DNA of 63,999 bases, the filler included, from an uncultured Methanoregulaceae archaeon (GTDB lineage: Archaea > Halobacteriota > Methanomicrobia > Methanomicrobiales > Methanospirillaceae): NCBI GenBank assembly GCA_964530035.1. It is 5 parts of 5 records of this genome, joined end to end, with 100 filler letters (N's around TTAATTAATTAA, not from the genome) between each part and the next. Parts side by side here need not be neighbours in the genome. Positions count along the whole stretch, not along the records: positions 1 to 14,421 come from CAZGXZ010000055.1; positions 14,522 to 28,745 come from CAZGXZ010000056.1; 3 more parts are not named here. One strand, given 5' to 3'. Made by a program: the position numbers and the translations under genes. Position 1 is the first letter of the stretch, and each line of letters opens with the position of its first letter. A model generated the notes under the pieces. The model saw only the letters and a program-made list of their open reading frames with translations, searched no databases and had not been told where the DNA came from. Shown here in pieces: positions 10,743 to 21,419 of the stretch.

Positions 10743-12461
10743 ATGAAGATCCTGACTAAATCTCTGTTGATAGCAGGTATCTGCGTCGCGCTCCTGATAA
10801 GTTTTCTTGTAGTGTACACGTCATTTGTCTTTATCGGGACTTTTTCAGAGTTCGAAAAACAGGACGAACAAAAGAAAGCCGAGGTGGTTCTGACGGTTCT
10901 CGGCCACGAGGCGTTAGGACTTGAAAAAATTGCCTATGACTGGGGGCCATGGGATGATACATACCAGTTCATCCAGGATACGAATACGGAGTATACTGAA
11001 AAGAATCTCAACCAGGAAACCCTTGAAAACCTCAACATCGATTACATGCTTTTTTTTGCCCAGAACAGCTCCCTGGTATACGTCGCCGGGTACGATCGTG
11101 AATCGGGTGCTCCCGTCCCACTGAATCCTGGGGTCGAGGACGCAATCACCCGGAGCTGGGCCACCATTTCCAGGGGAAATGGCACTTCAGGGGTACTATC
11201 AACAGGACCTGAATATTATTACCTCGCAAGTTCCCTGATCGCGCCGAGTGATTTTAATGGTGAGCGAAAGGGGACGATAGTCCTCATCCGCCAGATTTCC
11301 AGTGACCAGGTCGCCCTGATAGGTGAACTGACCGGTCTTACCCTTGACCTCGTTTCCCCTAAATCAGAACTCATTCAGCCGGAAATCCGGGGTATGGAAG
11401 CGCAGTACTCCTTCGTTCCGGAGAATGACCAGGTTATCCACACCTATGTAAAAGTACCTGGGATTGATGGTAAAACCGCGTTTTATTTCATCATAACTTC
11501 GTCACGTTCAATCTATGAAAACGGCCTTTCTTCCATCTACCTGTTCATAGCAGGGCTTGTTATAATAGCGATTGTCTGCCTGGCTCTCATGATCTATCTT
11601 ATGAGGATCAAGATATTCAGGAGGCTTGAAGATCTTTCGGTAAAAATGGAGGAGATCGGGGCATCCAGGGATTTCCAGCAGAGGGTCGATGACACCGGTG
11701 ACGATGAGATCTCTCACCTGGCCGGTTCGTGCAACTTGATGATCGGAGCCCTTGATACTGCGGCATGTGACCTGAAACGTGCATATGAACGGACCCGGTT
11801 GTACCTGGACGTGTTGTTGTATGATATCAGCAACAACGCGATGGCTATCAACGGATTTACAACCCTCCTTGAAAATACCTCGAAGGAGGAGTCAAAGGAG
11901 ATCATCAGCCAGATCAAAAAAGTAATCAATGACTGTACCGGGACGATAGGGGCAGTCGAGACGTATGAAGATCTTTCCCGGAGGACCCCCATACTTGCAC
12001 CGGTGGCTGTTGACCGGGTTTTCGAGCTGGCCATGTCCGGTTATGACCGTGCCCGTGTCAAGGCGGTAATGACCGGTTTATATGTAGATGCTGATGACCT
12101 CCTCTCGGTGCTGGTCTCGCACCTGATCCGAAACAGCTTTGAGGCGGGTGGTGAGGCGATAGACGTATCCCTCTCTGCCAGGGAGACCGCAGGGGGGAAG
12201 GTTGAGATCTCAGTTGAGGACACCGGCCCCGGTATCCCTGACGCCATGAAAGAGGCTATCTTCCAGCGGTTCGCAGGTGAAGGGAGTTTCCGTGTAAGTA
12301 ACGGCCTCGGCCTGAAGATAGCCCGCATCCTCATGGAATCATATGGCGGTTCAATCCGCGCCGAAGACCGGGTCCCAGGATGTCCGGACATGGGGGCGGC
12401 GATCAGGTTCCGTCTTGTCCAGGCACACCCCGATTTCCCGGTAAAGGCTGAAAAGGATTGA
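10743..12461 (+). CDS. CHASE4-HAMP sensor histidine kinase-like protein; H-box His replaced by Tyr
   Basis: DWGPWDDTYQF CHASE4 motif, two TM helices, HAMP GDDEISHLA, VEDTGPGIP and GLGL ATPase boxes; H-box reads LLYDISNN. Confidence 0.85.
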   Translation: MKILTKSLLIAGICVALLISFLVVYTSFVFIGTFSEFEKQDEQKKAEVVLTVLGHEALGLEKIAYDWGPWDDTYQFIQDTNTEYTEKNLNQETLENLNIDYMLFFAQNSSLVYVAGYDRESGAPVPLNPGVEDAITRSWATISRGNGTSGVLSTGPEYYYLASSLIAPSDFNGERKGTIVLIRQISSDQVALIGELTGLTLDLVSPKSELIQPEIRGMEAQYSFVPENDQVIHTYVKVPGIDGKTAFYFIITSSRSIYENGLSSIYLFIAGLVIIAIVCLALMIYLMRIKIFRRLEDLSVKMEEIGASRDFQQRVDDTGDDEISHLAGSCNLMIGALDTAACDLKRAYERTRLYLDVLLYDISNNAMAINGFTTLLENTSKEESKEIISQIKKVINDCTGTIGAVETYEDLSRRTPILAPVAVDRVFELAMSGYDRARVKAVMTGLYVDADDLLSVLVSHLIRNSFEAGGEAIDVSLSARETAGGKVEISVEDTGPGIPDAMKEAIFQRFAGEGSFRVSNGLGLKIARILMESYGGSIRAEDRVPGCPDMGAAIRFRLVQAHPDFPVKAEKD

Positions 12462-12505
12462 ACTCCTGGACTATTGCGGCACAGGTGCTGCAGGAAGAAA
12501 AAAAA

Positions 12506-13264
12506 TCAGGGCTTGTTGGTTACTTTTTCTTTTTCAAGGGACATCCTGTTTTCCAGGCTTGAAATGACCTGTTCTATATAATATCGCAGCTGTGAAAGGT
12601 CCTTGGTATTGTCAGGGTCCGGGAAGGCAACAGTATTGGCCAGGACGCCATCTGCATCGCGGTAATGCCGTATTGCAGTCACATAGTCCTTTTGTATCGA
12701 GAGGTTAGCCGCCTCGACCAGAGCCTGGCCGGCCACGTTTAAGGAGGCGGTATAGTTCAGGTACTGTACCCGGAGCTTCTGGTTTTGCGGTTCCTTCAGT
12801 TCCGTCATGGGTTCAATCTCGTTGGTCGCGTTCTGAGTGACCATTACAAGCCGCCTGGACTGTGCCAGGACATCCGGGAACGCCGGCGGAATGTCCCCTA
12901 TGACACTGCTCCCGGCAAGGGCGATGGTAAGTTTTGCAATAGTGTCGGACAGAGCCCTGCTCGATGAGTCATATACAATAAGGAAATCCGTGTCGGTCGC
13001 CGTGCTGACCTTTTGAGTATGTGTGGGAGTGATTTTTGTGAGATTTCCCTGTGACTGGTTTACCTCCGGGGTGGGGGTTTCAACCGGTGGGAGGGGTGTC
13101 TCAAAGGGTAGTTCAGTCGGTTCGGGGGTAATCGGCTCAAGTGTTGGGGGTGTAGTCGGCTCCGGTGTGACGGTGGGAGGTGCCGGGGTGGTACATCCCG
13201 CTGCCAGGATCAGGAATACCAGGAACCCGGATACAAGGGCGATGCCTGCGTTTTTAGCGATCAT
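12506..13264 (-). CDS. Lipoprotein with Pro/Thr-rich linker and helical C-terminal domain
   Basis: Lipobox LAAGC followed by TPEPT-type repeats. Confidence 0.75.
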   Translation of the reverse strand: MIAKNAGIALVSGFLVFLILAAGCTTPAPPTVTPEPTTPPTLEPITPEPTELPFETPLPPVETPTPEVNQSQGNLTKITPTHTQKVSTATDTDFLIVYDSSSRALSDTIAKLTIALAGSSVIGDIPPAFPDVLAQSRRLVMVTQNATNEIEPMTELKEPQNQKLRVQYLNYTASLNVAGQALVEAANLSIQKDYVTAIRHYRDADGVLANTVAFPDPDNTKDLSQLRYYIEQVISSLENRMSLEKEKVTNKP

Positions 13265-13473
13265 AGAGAAGGGATGGTATTTAAAGAGTATTTGAAGGTT
13301 GTCCTTTCGTGCCTCGTACTCTCTCCGGGGGACCTGCGGAGGTCAGCATCCCTGTATGCTGAAAGATTCAAGTGTCTTTAGGGCTATCTTTGTATAAAAA
13401 TGGGATCTTCACGGAAACAGCCCTGATGGTGAACCGCTGTTGGAGAAGGTCCCGGGATGAAGAGAGTACTATC

Positions 13474-14421
13474 ATGAACAAGGATGATGCGATAGCCCGC
13501 AACCTTCTTATCATTCTGATAATTGCCGTTGTAGTCGTCGTTGTGGCTGTAGGTGCGGTCCTGTTCCTCACACAGCCTCAGATGCAGAAAACGCCTTCCA
13601 TGAAGGCGATGGTTGACGCTTCAGGTAACACCCTGTATGTTTATCATGACGGTGGCGACCCACTTCAGAAAGATTTTACGGTTGTGAAGGTAAACGGCGC
13701 ACCGATCGCTGCCGACAGGCTGAGCTTCCTGCATGGGCAGGACTGGCCCTGGACCCCGGGAAAAACACTGAAAATAGACTATCCGGGCCCTGAAAAACCC
13801 GGAAGCCTGGAGATCGTATGGAAGGCGGGGGGTAAGGAGACAGTGGTCTATAGCTATACCATTACACAGCCTGTCGAGACAAAAATCCCCGTTGTAACAC
13901 TTACCGTGCCTCCACAGGTCACGACACTACCGACAACGGTCCCCACGGGAGTACCTGGTACTTCCACCGGGACCGTCCCTGCTGTAACCATCGTTTCTGA
14001 CGGACGTCCCCAACCTCCTTCGGCAAACTTCATCGCTACTCCGAAAGCAGGTGACCCTCCTTTGACCGTCCAGTTCAACGATATCTCCCAGGGATCCCCG
14101 ACGACATTTCTCTGGTCCTTTGGAGATGGCGTAACGTCCACTGAACGGAACCCGGTCCACACATACTACACCCCGGGTGCATACACGGTCAGTCTGCTGG
14201 TATCCGGACCCTATGGATCGGACCGGAAAACCGTTGACCGGTTCATCACCGTGGGAACACCCCCCGTAGCAGGCTTTGTAGCAACACCGCTGACCGGGCA
14301 GGCTCCGTTGTCGGTCCAGTTCACAGACCTTTCCACGGGAGGGCCGACTTCATATGCGTGGAACTTCGGTGACGGGCTGGGATCGGTCGAACAGAACCCC
14401 GCTCACATCTATACAACCCCT
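13474..14421 (+). CDS. Pilin-like N-terminal domain + PKD repeats, truncated by contig end
   Basis: MNKDDA|IARNLLIILII, YHDGGDPL, two PKD repeats (W.FGDG); runs into the linker. Confidence 0.8.
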
Positions 14422-14521
14422 NNNNNNNNNNNNNNNNNNNNNNNNNNNNNNNNNNNNNNNNNNNNTTAATTAATTAANNNNNNNNNNNNNNNNNNNNNNN
14501 NNNNNNNNNNNNNNNNNNNNN
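14422..14521. other. Artificial contig linker
   Basis: 44 N + TTAATTAATTAA + 44 N. Confidence 0.98.
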
Positions 14522-14910
14522 TCGTGGACAAAGGAGATAAACTGGTCATTTCCGGAACTAATTCCCTGTCAAAAACAACTTTTCTCTCTATCAGGGGTCC
14601 GGTCATGAAAAATATGGAAACCTCATTGCATAATTCACGCGTGCCCATCGAGGCCGACAATGCCACAACCTTTACGACATCCCCTGTTGTTGATGGGACG
14701 TGGAAATATACCTGGAATACGGAGTCATTTGATTATTCCGGGGGGACTTACGAGATCATAGCCTCGGGGTATCCCTTCCCGTCTACGAGTCTGAACGATT
14801 CACAGTATGCAACCACAGGAATTATTATCCGTATCCCTGAAAAGAGAGTACGGCCACTTATTGATGACGGGGACTCCTCTTCCGATGGCGGGTCGGCTGA
14901 TTCCATCTGA
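14522..14910 (+). CDS. 3' fragment of an S-layer-like/surface glycoprotein domain
   Basis: GDKLVISGT...DGTWKYTWNT...GTYEIIA resembles repeat domains of Methanomicrobiales surface proteins; 5' end lost at linker. Confidence 0.5.
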
Positions 14911-15252
14911 TTCATTTTTTTAACAACGGGTGATGAGGTCATGGGTTCTGCTATTTCATTTCAATCAACGATGGTCCATTCGGAGTTTTGACTTCGGTTC
15001 AAACGGATGGTCTTTTCTGAACTTCATTCGGACCCCTGGTGCTTTCCAGGTCACGGAAAATAGTCAGGGGAGATATTCCAAAGGTTCCACCTTTCTCCCG
15101 ATTAACCCAGGATTATGAGGAAATCGCGACTTTTTCATGGCAAACGGAAAAAGATGTCATTTTGTATCACAGGGTATTCCTAAAAAAAAGCGTAAATGTT
15201 TTGGCCCTGGCATGGACATCCTTTTCTATATACCTTGTGGAGACAGGACCTG

Positions 15253-15975
15253 ATGGCGATACCAGACACGAAGATAGATCTTTCAAAATCTGATGCAGAC
15301 AAGCTTGACCAGATTTTTGGGGCTGCAGCTCTTCCTTCTGATTCTGATGAAATTCCAGCAGACAAGGATACCCCCGAAATGGTTCAGAGTATAAATACCC
15401 CAGAGCCTGCTATTGTTGAACCCCTTCCTGAAAAACCTGAAAAATCCCAGATTCGTCCCTGGGTCAGGTTTTTTGCCCGTTACATTGACCTGGGTATCTC
15501 GACGGCTATTATTTTTACGATTCTCCTGGGGTTGGCGATACTATCCGAACCACTTCAGATAGCCCTGGTCAACCTGAATCCTTTGGCGGATATCATCATT
15601 ACGACCTTTATCAGCATCACGTTCTGGATTCTCGTTTTGGAACCAGTATTCATTTCCCGTTTTGGAGCCACACCGGGAAAAATGCTGCTTAAAGTATCTG
15701 TCAGGGACGCAGGGGGAGCCCTCCTGACCTATAACCAGGCTCTTTCCAGGTCGGTTCAGGTATGGAGTCGTGGGTATGCCTGCGGGATTGTCGGATTGAA
15801 TATTATCACTCTGTTGATCGCCAGTTCGGTTCTGGAAAAGAAAGGCAGGACCTGGTGGGATGCCAAGGGAAACATTACCGTGAGGCATGAAATCATCGGG
15901 GCTGCCCGAGGGACATTGGCGGTCATCATCATTGGGGCCATCTGGATTATCCAGCGTTTTCTCATGATGATTTAG
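15253..15975 (+). CDS. RDD family membrane protein
   Basis: RPWVRFFARYID, GATPGKMLLKVSVRD, RTWWD. Confidence 0.85.
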   Translation: MAIPDTKIDLSKSDADKLDQIFGAAALPSDSDEIPADKDTPEMVQSINTPEPAIVEPLPEKPEKSQIRPWVRFFARYIDLGISTAIIFTILLGLAILSEPLQIALVNLNPLADIIITTFISITFWILVLEPVFISRFGATPGKMLLKVSVRDAGGALLTYNQALSRSVQVWSRGYACGIVGLNIITLLIASSVLEKKGRTWWDAKGNITVRHEIIGAARGTLAVIIIGAIWIIQRFLMMI

Positions 15976-16087
15976 GAGGATACCCTAGAGCGTTATTTTC
16001 AAAAAAATGTCCCGAGGGTCATGCCCGATGAACCTCTGACAGTTTTTCTTTTTTGTGAGGATCTCACGGGATCCTCATTATCGACGT

Positions 16088-17467
16088 TTAGATGAATTTG
16101 AACGTGGAAATTGCAGTCATCCCGGTAGGCAATCCATTTTCCCAGGTTTTCGTCGGAGCTACATATTGAACCATGACAATCCTGCCGTTTGACCAGGTGG
16201 CAAGGCTATAGGTCGTATAAAGGAGACCATCGTCGGTTGACTGGGTACTGATGAACGTCATCGCCTTGTTTCCGCCGAGTTTACCCTGGTTGGACTCGAT
16301 GACATAACCTCCATTCTCCTCCGCATAATCTTGAAATACTGTCTCTAAATTGTCAAGAGTAAGTCCGGATCCGGAAAAATCTGTCTTAATAACTGCAATT
16401 ATCAACAGGTAACCATTCTTGGAATCCGAAAAGGTGGTAATTGTGCTATCCTGATTGCTGCTCGTTTTTAATAATTTCAGTGTTGTAGGAATGCGGAAAT
16501 AGTATTTGGGGGTTGAAGTTGACTTTTTGTAAATCCCCCATAACTCTGTTGAAACACCGGTGACTGAAATTTTGCGTTCGAGAACGGTCGTTTTAGTCAT
16601 GCCATTCTTTTTAATCGTGAGCTTCGGGATGTAATTCCCAACCTGGTAATAGGTATGGGTTGGACTCTGTTCGGTCGATGTAGCACCATCTCCGAACTCG
16701 TAAAGATAGGAATCGGCATCACCTGATGACTTGTCCGTGAACACGACTTCTAATGGGACTTTTCCCGTTGTTTTGTCAACGGAAAACTTTGCAGACAGGG
16801 TCGGGGTAATCACGGCAGACCCGCTGCCGCCTGATCCGAGTTTGAACGTATTGATTACGGTCGTTGCCGAACCAAGGTTCGAAGAGTAATAATAGGGATC
16901 TACAATCCAGTTCACAGAATACAGGTAACCTGATGAATCCAGCTGGGTAACATGATACATCCGCATCTGATCCCCGTTGAAAGGAAAATCAGCAACGAAA
17001 TATACCGCCTGCTGACCACCAAGGGTTGTTAATCCTTCTGATACAATGCTTGCACCGAATGAACTCTGAAGGGCGGATCGCGCTGCGGCCTTGAAATCTT
17101 CAATATTGGGCTTGGACGTAAAAATCTGTTTTTTTGACCGGCTTATCATGAAAAGGCTTGTATAACTGGTGTCAGGGGTAATTGTCAAAATGTCGGTGGA
17201 TGAATGACTCGTGTCATACTTGCTCGTATACGTGGAGGGTACCTGAATGGAATAGTACGGGGTTGATACAACTTTGAATGTTTCCTCTGCGTGCTTCACT
17301 GCGACAGGCGGGAGGGGTATATCCTGTTGCAGGCACATCGAAGCCTGGTTTTCATACTGAAGTATAAGGGCTGAATTTTCATCCGAATCTGCAAGGGTAC
17401 AGGATCCAGATATCAATACAATAAAAGCTATTATACCAAGTGCGATGAAGAATGGGTGCGACCGCAT
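16088..17467 (-). CDS. Secreted protein: PsbP/DcrB-like domain - PKD - PsbP/DcrB-like domain
   Basis: Signal peptide; central PKD (PLEVVFTD...FGDGATSTEQSPTHTY); two similar flanking domains with LGG..A..F and ending in [NS]TFK. Confidence 0.6.
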   Translation of the reverse strand: MRSHPFFIALGIIAFIVLISGSCTLADSDENSALILQYENQASMCLQQDIPLPPVAVKHAEETFKVVSTPYYSIQVPSTYTSKYDTSHSSTDILTITPDTSYTSLFMISRSKKQIFTSKPNIEDFKAAARSALQSSFGASIVSEGLTTLGGQQAVYFVADFPFNGDQMRMYHVTQLDSSGYLYSVNWIVDPYYYSSNLGSATTVINTFKLGSGGSGSAVITPTLSAKFSVDKTTGKVPLEVVFTDKSSGDADSYLYEFGDGATSTEQSPTHTYYQVGNYIPKLTIKKNGMTKTTVLERKISVTGVSTELWGIYKKSTSTPKYYFRIPTTLKLLKTSSNQDSTITTFSDSKNGYLLIIAVIKTDFSGSGLTLDNLETVFQDYAEENGGYVIESNQGKLGGNKAMTFISTQSTDDGLLYTTYSLATWSNGRIVMVQYVAPTKTWENGLPTGMTAISTFKFI

Positions 17468-17608
17468 ATACTTCTCACTCTCTCTCGTGCCAATACTTAA
17501 TGTAATCGAAATTGCTCACCATGAGACCAGATGTCCGAGTCCGGCCGAATTGCAGGTCTTACACGAAAGAGGGCATTCATCGCCAGGACAGGAAAGGGTC
17601 TTTGAAAA

Positions 17609-19141
17609 TCAGGGTTTTTTGGTTGTCCTGGCAGGGGTTGGATTTTTCCTGGCGGGTGTTGAAGTGGCTGAAACCATGGGGGTCTGTTTATTTGATTTCA
17701 TCATCTTAACTGCAGCACCTGCATTCAGGCGGCCTCCGGTGACCGATAAGGTATCCTGACCCTTGATGGGGTCAACGGTTGAGAGGATACATGATTTTAT
17801 TCTGCTTACGGGGGCTTTTTTGTCCAGGGAAAGAAGGAGTCCAGAGGTCCCGGCGACAAGGGGGGTTGAATAGGAAGTACCATCGCTGTAATAATAAGAT
17901 GACCCCGATCCCTTCATCAGGACAAATCCTCCTGGAGCGGCCAGGTCTACGCTGGTTTTACCATAATTTGACCAGTCAGTGAGATATTTATCTTTCTGGT
18001 CTGTGGCGCCGACGGATATGATGTTCTCAAGTGACAGTGATGAGGGATAATGGAGATGGGTGTCGGTATCGATGCCATCATTTCCGGCAGAACATACGAA
18101 CAGGACTGAAGGGCTGGAAGCGATGACCTCTTCCTCCGCGGGATCATATATATACGTCCCGAACGAACAGGATATCACTCGTGCTCCAACCGATTTTGCA
18201 TACATTATTGCCCTCACTTCACTCCAGGTGGTCGCATCGAATTTCAGCGGGAGTATGGATGCCTGCCACATGACTCCCGTGATGTCAATGTTGTTGTTTC
18301 CAACGGATCCAATGAGCCGTGCACAGTCCGTTCCATGATAGGACAGGGCGTCGTATGGAGCTTCTGGGCTAGTATCCGGGTCCCCCTCCCCGATACTTAC
18401 AATCCCATCCCCATTTTCATCATAAAAATCCCAGCCGAACTTGTCATCGATATAGCCATTATTATCATCATCCAAGCCGTTTTTTTGCTTTTCACGGGGA
18501 TTTTTCCATATATTGGGTAAGAGATCAGGTTCGGTAATATCAACTCCGCTCGGGTCCAGGACCGCGATGATAACGTCCCGTGAGCCGGTCGTGTAGTCCC
18601 AGGCCTCAGGAGCGTGAATATCTGACCTGTAGGATCCTTTCAGGTTCTGGACCGTACCGCCCTTGTTATAGAGATACCACTGACCAAAGAATTCAGGATC
18701 GTTTGGAAACTTTCTCTCTACCTTCTTTTTAAAATTAGGCTGGGCATAAGCAATTTTCGGGTCTGTTCGTGCGGTAGAAAGAGCATCTTCAACGGACATG
18801 CCTTCAGGAAGCCGGATGAGCTGAAGGCCGGGGAGTCCGGAGGGGGCCATGTCAGCGGCTATTGTCGGGTTGTCTTTCCCTTTTTTAACTGATCGCAGTG
18901 TTGATAAAAAATGCTCCTGTGACTCAGCAAATATGGATTCATTTCTCACTATCTCTTCACGGTAGCGGACTATGATTTCCCGGGGTAAATAACCGGTATT
19001 CTTTTCGAGTAAAGAAAAAGAGGTGTCATTGTTTTGAAATTGAGATAACAAAGGGTCAGATTCCGAGGATACCTGCCCTGGGATGCAGGATGCCAGAACA
19101 CAGAGCAGTAACAACAAGCTGAGCATCGAATACCGTTTCAT
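17609..19141 (-). CDS. Secreted S8 (subtilisin-like) serine peptidase with propeptide
   Basis: Triad motifs IAVLD, HGT, GTS; oxyanion SAGND; SNYGKTSVDLAAPG; GGRLNA. Confidence 0.92.
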   Translation of the reverse strand: MKRYSMLSLLLLLCVLASCIPGQVSSESDPLLSQFQNNDTSFSLLEKNTGYLPREIIVRYREEIVRNESIFAESQEHFLSTLRSVKKGKDNPTIAADMAPSGLPGLQLIRLPEGMSVEDALSTARTDPKIAYAQPNFKKKVERKFPNDPEFFGQWYLYNKGGTVQNLKGSYRSDIHAPEAWDYTTGSRDVIIAVLDPSGVDITEPDLLPNIWKNPREKQKNGLDDDNNGYIDDKFGWDFYDENGDGIVSIGEGDPDTSPEAPYDALSYHGTDCARLIGSVGNNNIDITGVMWQASILPLKFDATTWSEVRAIMYAKSVGARVISCSFGTYIYDPAEEEVIASSPSVLFVCSAGNDGIDTDTHLHYPSSLSLENIISVGATDQKDKYLTDWSNYGKTSVDLAAPGGFVLMKGSGSSYYYSDGTSYSTPLVAGTSGLLLSLDKKAPVSRIKSCILSTVDPIKGQDTLSVTGGRLNAGAAVKMMKSNKQTPMVSATSTPARKNPTPARTTKKP

Positions 19142-19449
19142 TCACTTCCTCGAGAAGATAGTAGAACCCAGAAATGAAGAAGATTGTGTTTTCTTTTTTG
19201 GATCGCTCCTGCTAGTCAATGGAGAGAACATTTTTGGCAGTTTGATCGTTCGCCCCGACCTTAAATGAACTGGTCCGTGAACTGTGTATTTGGCATACAA
19301 TGGAAAAAAACGGCCCTGTTGAAACGCACATGAACGGGAGTCCACACCTGAACCATGAAAGTTTCCCATCTAAAATCTCTTTATTAAGAGACCATTTTTA
19401 GCATTTTCATAGGAAATGCTTAAAAGATAAAAAAAATCCTCTGATGGGT

Positions 19450-19498
19450 AATGGCGGTCAGAAATTCCTCATTTACGGCGGAATGTCAGACCGCCATT
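19450..19498. repeat. 49-bp inverted repeat
   Basis: AATGGCGGTCAGAAATTCC-N11-GGAATGTCAGACCGCCATT, 17/19 complementary. Confidence 0.7.
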
Positions 19499-19819
19499 GA
19501 CAATTGAAGGCCTATGGATTCTTATTTTAGACTCATACCAATGTATACCTGTTTTTAATCCTGCTTTTTCAAACACCAAAAAGGAATGAATTGAAAGAAG
19601 AATATGCGTACACTGATATTTTGTTTACATGGCTTGACAACGTTCAATCCCACAGAATTGTTTGACCTTTCGATGATATTCCTCGATCCCCCATGAAATT
19701 TTTTAGTTATTCATGTCGTCCCGGGTTCCCGGATATAAGGTCTGTATGCCCAACCGGGGAATTTCATTCCGCCGCAAGTGAGGAATTTCAGACCTCCATC
19801 AACACCGCTCTTTGTTTTC

Positions 19820-20011
19820 ATGCCAAAGCTGATACAGAGGGATATGAAGGCGGATACAGGTGCGTTTATCGATGCGTTCGGGAAGAACGAACAGATGAAG
19901 AAAGTGTTCTGTGCATTGTTCATAGAGATGGCCGGGCTGGTGCTGGCCTGGGTTGTTGACCCGGTCACATCTCAGCAGGTGGTGGGGAAGATTACGGGGA
20001 TGGGAGTGTGA
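19820..20011 (+). CDS. Small hypothetical membrane protein or gene remnant
   Basis: Hydrophobic C-terminus MAGLVLAWVVDPVTSQQVVGKITGMGV. Confidence 0.3.
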   Translation: MPKLIQRDMKADTGAFIDAFGKNEQMKKVFCALFIEMAGLVLAWVVDPVTSQQVVGKITGMGV

Positions 20012-20028
20012 AAAAGAAAAACGGTGTC

Positions 20029-20808
20029 TTACCTTTTTATCTTTTTCATGATATTCTCAAATCTTCCATTGCTGATTGGATGAGGACTGATGACCTCACC
20101 ATTATACATGATGCAGAACGTCCCGAATGCACACGGGGATTCCTGGGCAGCAGCTGCGTCTTCCAGATCGATAAGCCGGGGGGTCAGGCCATACTTTTTA
20201 TTGGCGGTTTCCATGATGGCAGTCACGTTCTTTTCGGAATACGGGCACTGGGCCGAGCGCAGGATGGTTAAACCGTCTGCATATTTCTCCCGGCTCTTTG
20301 CCAGAGAGGGTTTGAACTTCGGATCAGGTGCATCCTGATCGAATTTCAGGGCAAGCAGTTCAAAATCGGGAGCTGCCATATCAGTCACGGCAAACCCTTT
20401 TTTCACAAAAATATCTTTTTTTGCCATGAACGGGCCTTTCCTTGTTACAACGGCAACGCCATGCATCCGTGCACGTTTTGCTTCGGCTATGCAGATGTCG
20501 ATCAGGGACGACGCATATCCCTTTCCCTTGAACTCGTTCCTGAATCCCACAAAGATACAATGAATGAACATATAACCGGCTGCATCAACAGGGCGGTGAG
20601 CATACTCTCCCGGAATATATTCAAGCATGCCCTGGTAACCGGCGCTCTTTGAAAAAAGAACCTTTATCCTCAATCCCTTCGGATAATACCGGTTGAACCA
20701 GTTGATTTTTTTTCTAAGTTCTGCATGCTTCCTGGTATCCCTGTACCCACAGACACCATAATCGGCAATATTTTCCGGGGTGAGATCAATGATTTCAGTA
20801 TCGCTCAT
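20029..20808 (-). CDS. GNAT acetyltransferase with C-terminal YoaP-like domain
   Basis: LEYIPGEYAHRPV, FIHCIFV, FKGKGYASSLI, QCPY...AQESPCAFGTF. Confidence 0.88.
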   Translation of the reverse strand: MSDTEIIDLTPENIADYGVCGYRDTRKHAELRKKINWFNRYYPKGLRIKVLFSKSAGYQGMLEYIPGEYAHRPVDAAGYMFIHCIFVGFRNEFKGKGYASSLIDICIAEAKRARMHGVAVVTRKGPFMAKKDIFVKKGFAVTDMAAPDFELLALKFDQDAPDPKFKPSLAKSREKYADGLTILRSAQCPYSEKNVTAIMETANKKYGLTPRLIDLEDAAAAQESPCAFGTFCIMYNGEVISPHPISNGRFENIMKKIKR

Positions 20809-20869
20809 GGTATATTTTCTGGTAGGTGGATTAAATAAAAGATCAAGTCTGCCTTAGGTGCTTTTTTGG

Positions 20870-21419
20870 TTATACCTGATGTTTGCGAATGACTGCTGCC
20901 AGACGGGTGAAAAAAATCGGCCGGAGTCTTTCTATCAGCAGAGCCTCGTTCATGGAAATCATCCCGCTGTCTTCGGTTTTCATCCGACAGGGTTCGATCT
21001 GGATGCAGCAGGTATTGATCAACCGCTCCCAGAACCAGTCGGCGCTCCCAAACTGGATATAATCCGGATTCAATGACGTCAGTGCTTCCACATCGGCATA
21101 CATCTCCCTGCCACCCGGGCTGTCCTGGATGCATATGGTGAGATAGGCGAGTCGGTAATGTACATTTTCAAGGGTGGACTGGTAACAGGAGGGTAAAACC
21201 AGATTTTCGATATCCGGCTGCTGTTCATGAACGAAGTGGCCAAAGCAGCACTGGGCCGTGAAACAAGAGGGTACCCTGATGCATTCCCGTATCATCGGGA
21301 CCAGAGGTGGATCGATGGAGCCCTTGTGGATTTCTTGATGGATATCCCGAATGGTTTTTTCCCGGTCAGCAAAAAATGAGGGGGAGATGGATGGGCCTTG
21401 CGGCGGTGAATGTTTCCAT
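20870..21419 (-). pseudogene. Hypothetical protein with apparent 1-nt frameshift near the 5' end
   Basis: ATG at 21419 gives METFTAARPIHL then stops; the frame of ORF 20870-21295 is open upstream (PSFFADREKTIRDIHQEIHKGSIDPPLVP); offset is 1 nt at a G5 run (~21380-21384). Confidence 0.5.

Noticed and set aside
14466..14477. TTAATTAATTAA palindrome recurring four times
   Set aside because: Always centred in identical N padding; artificial six-frame-stop contig linker
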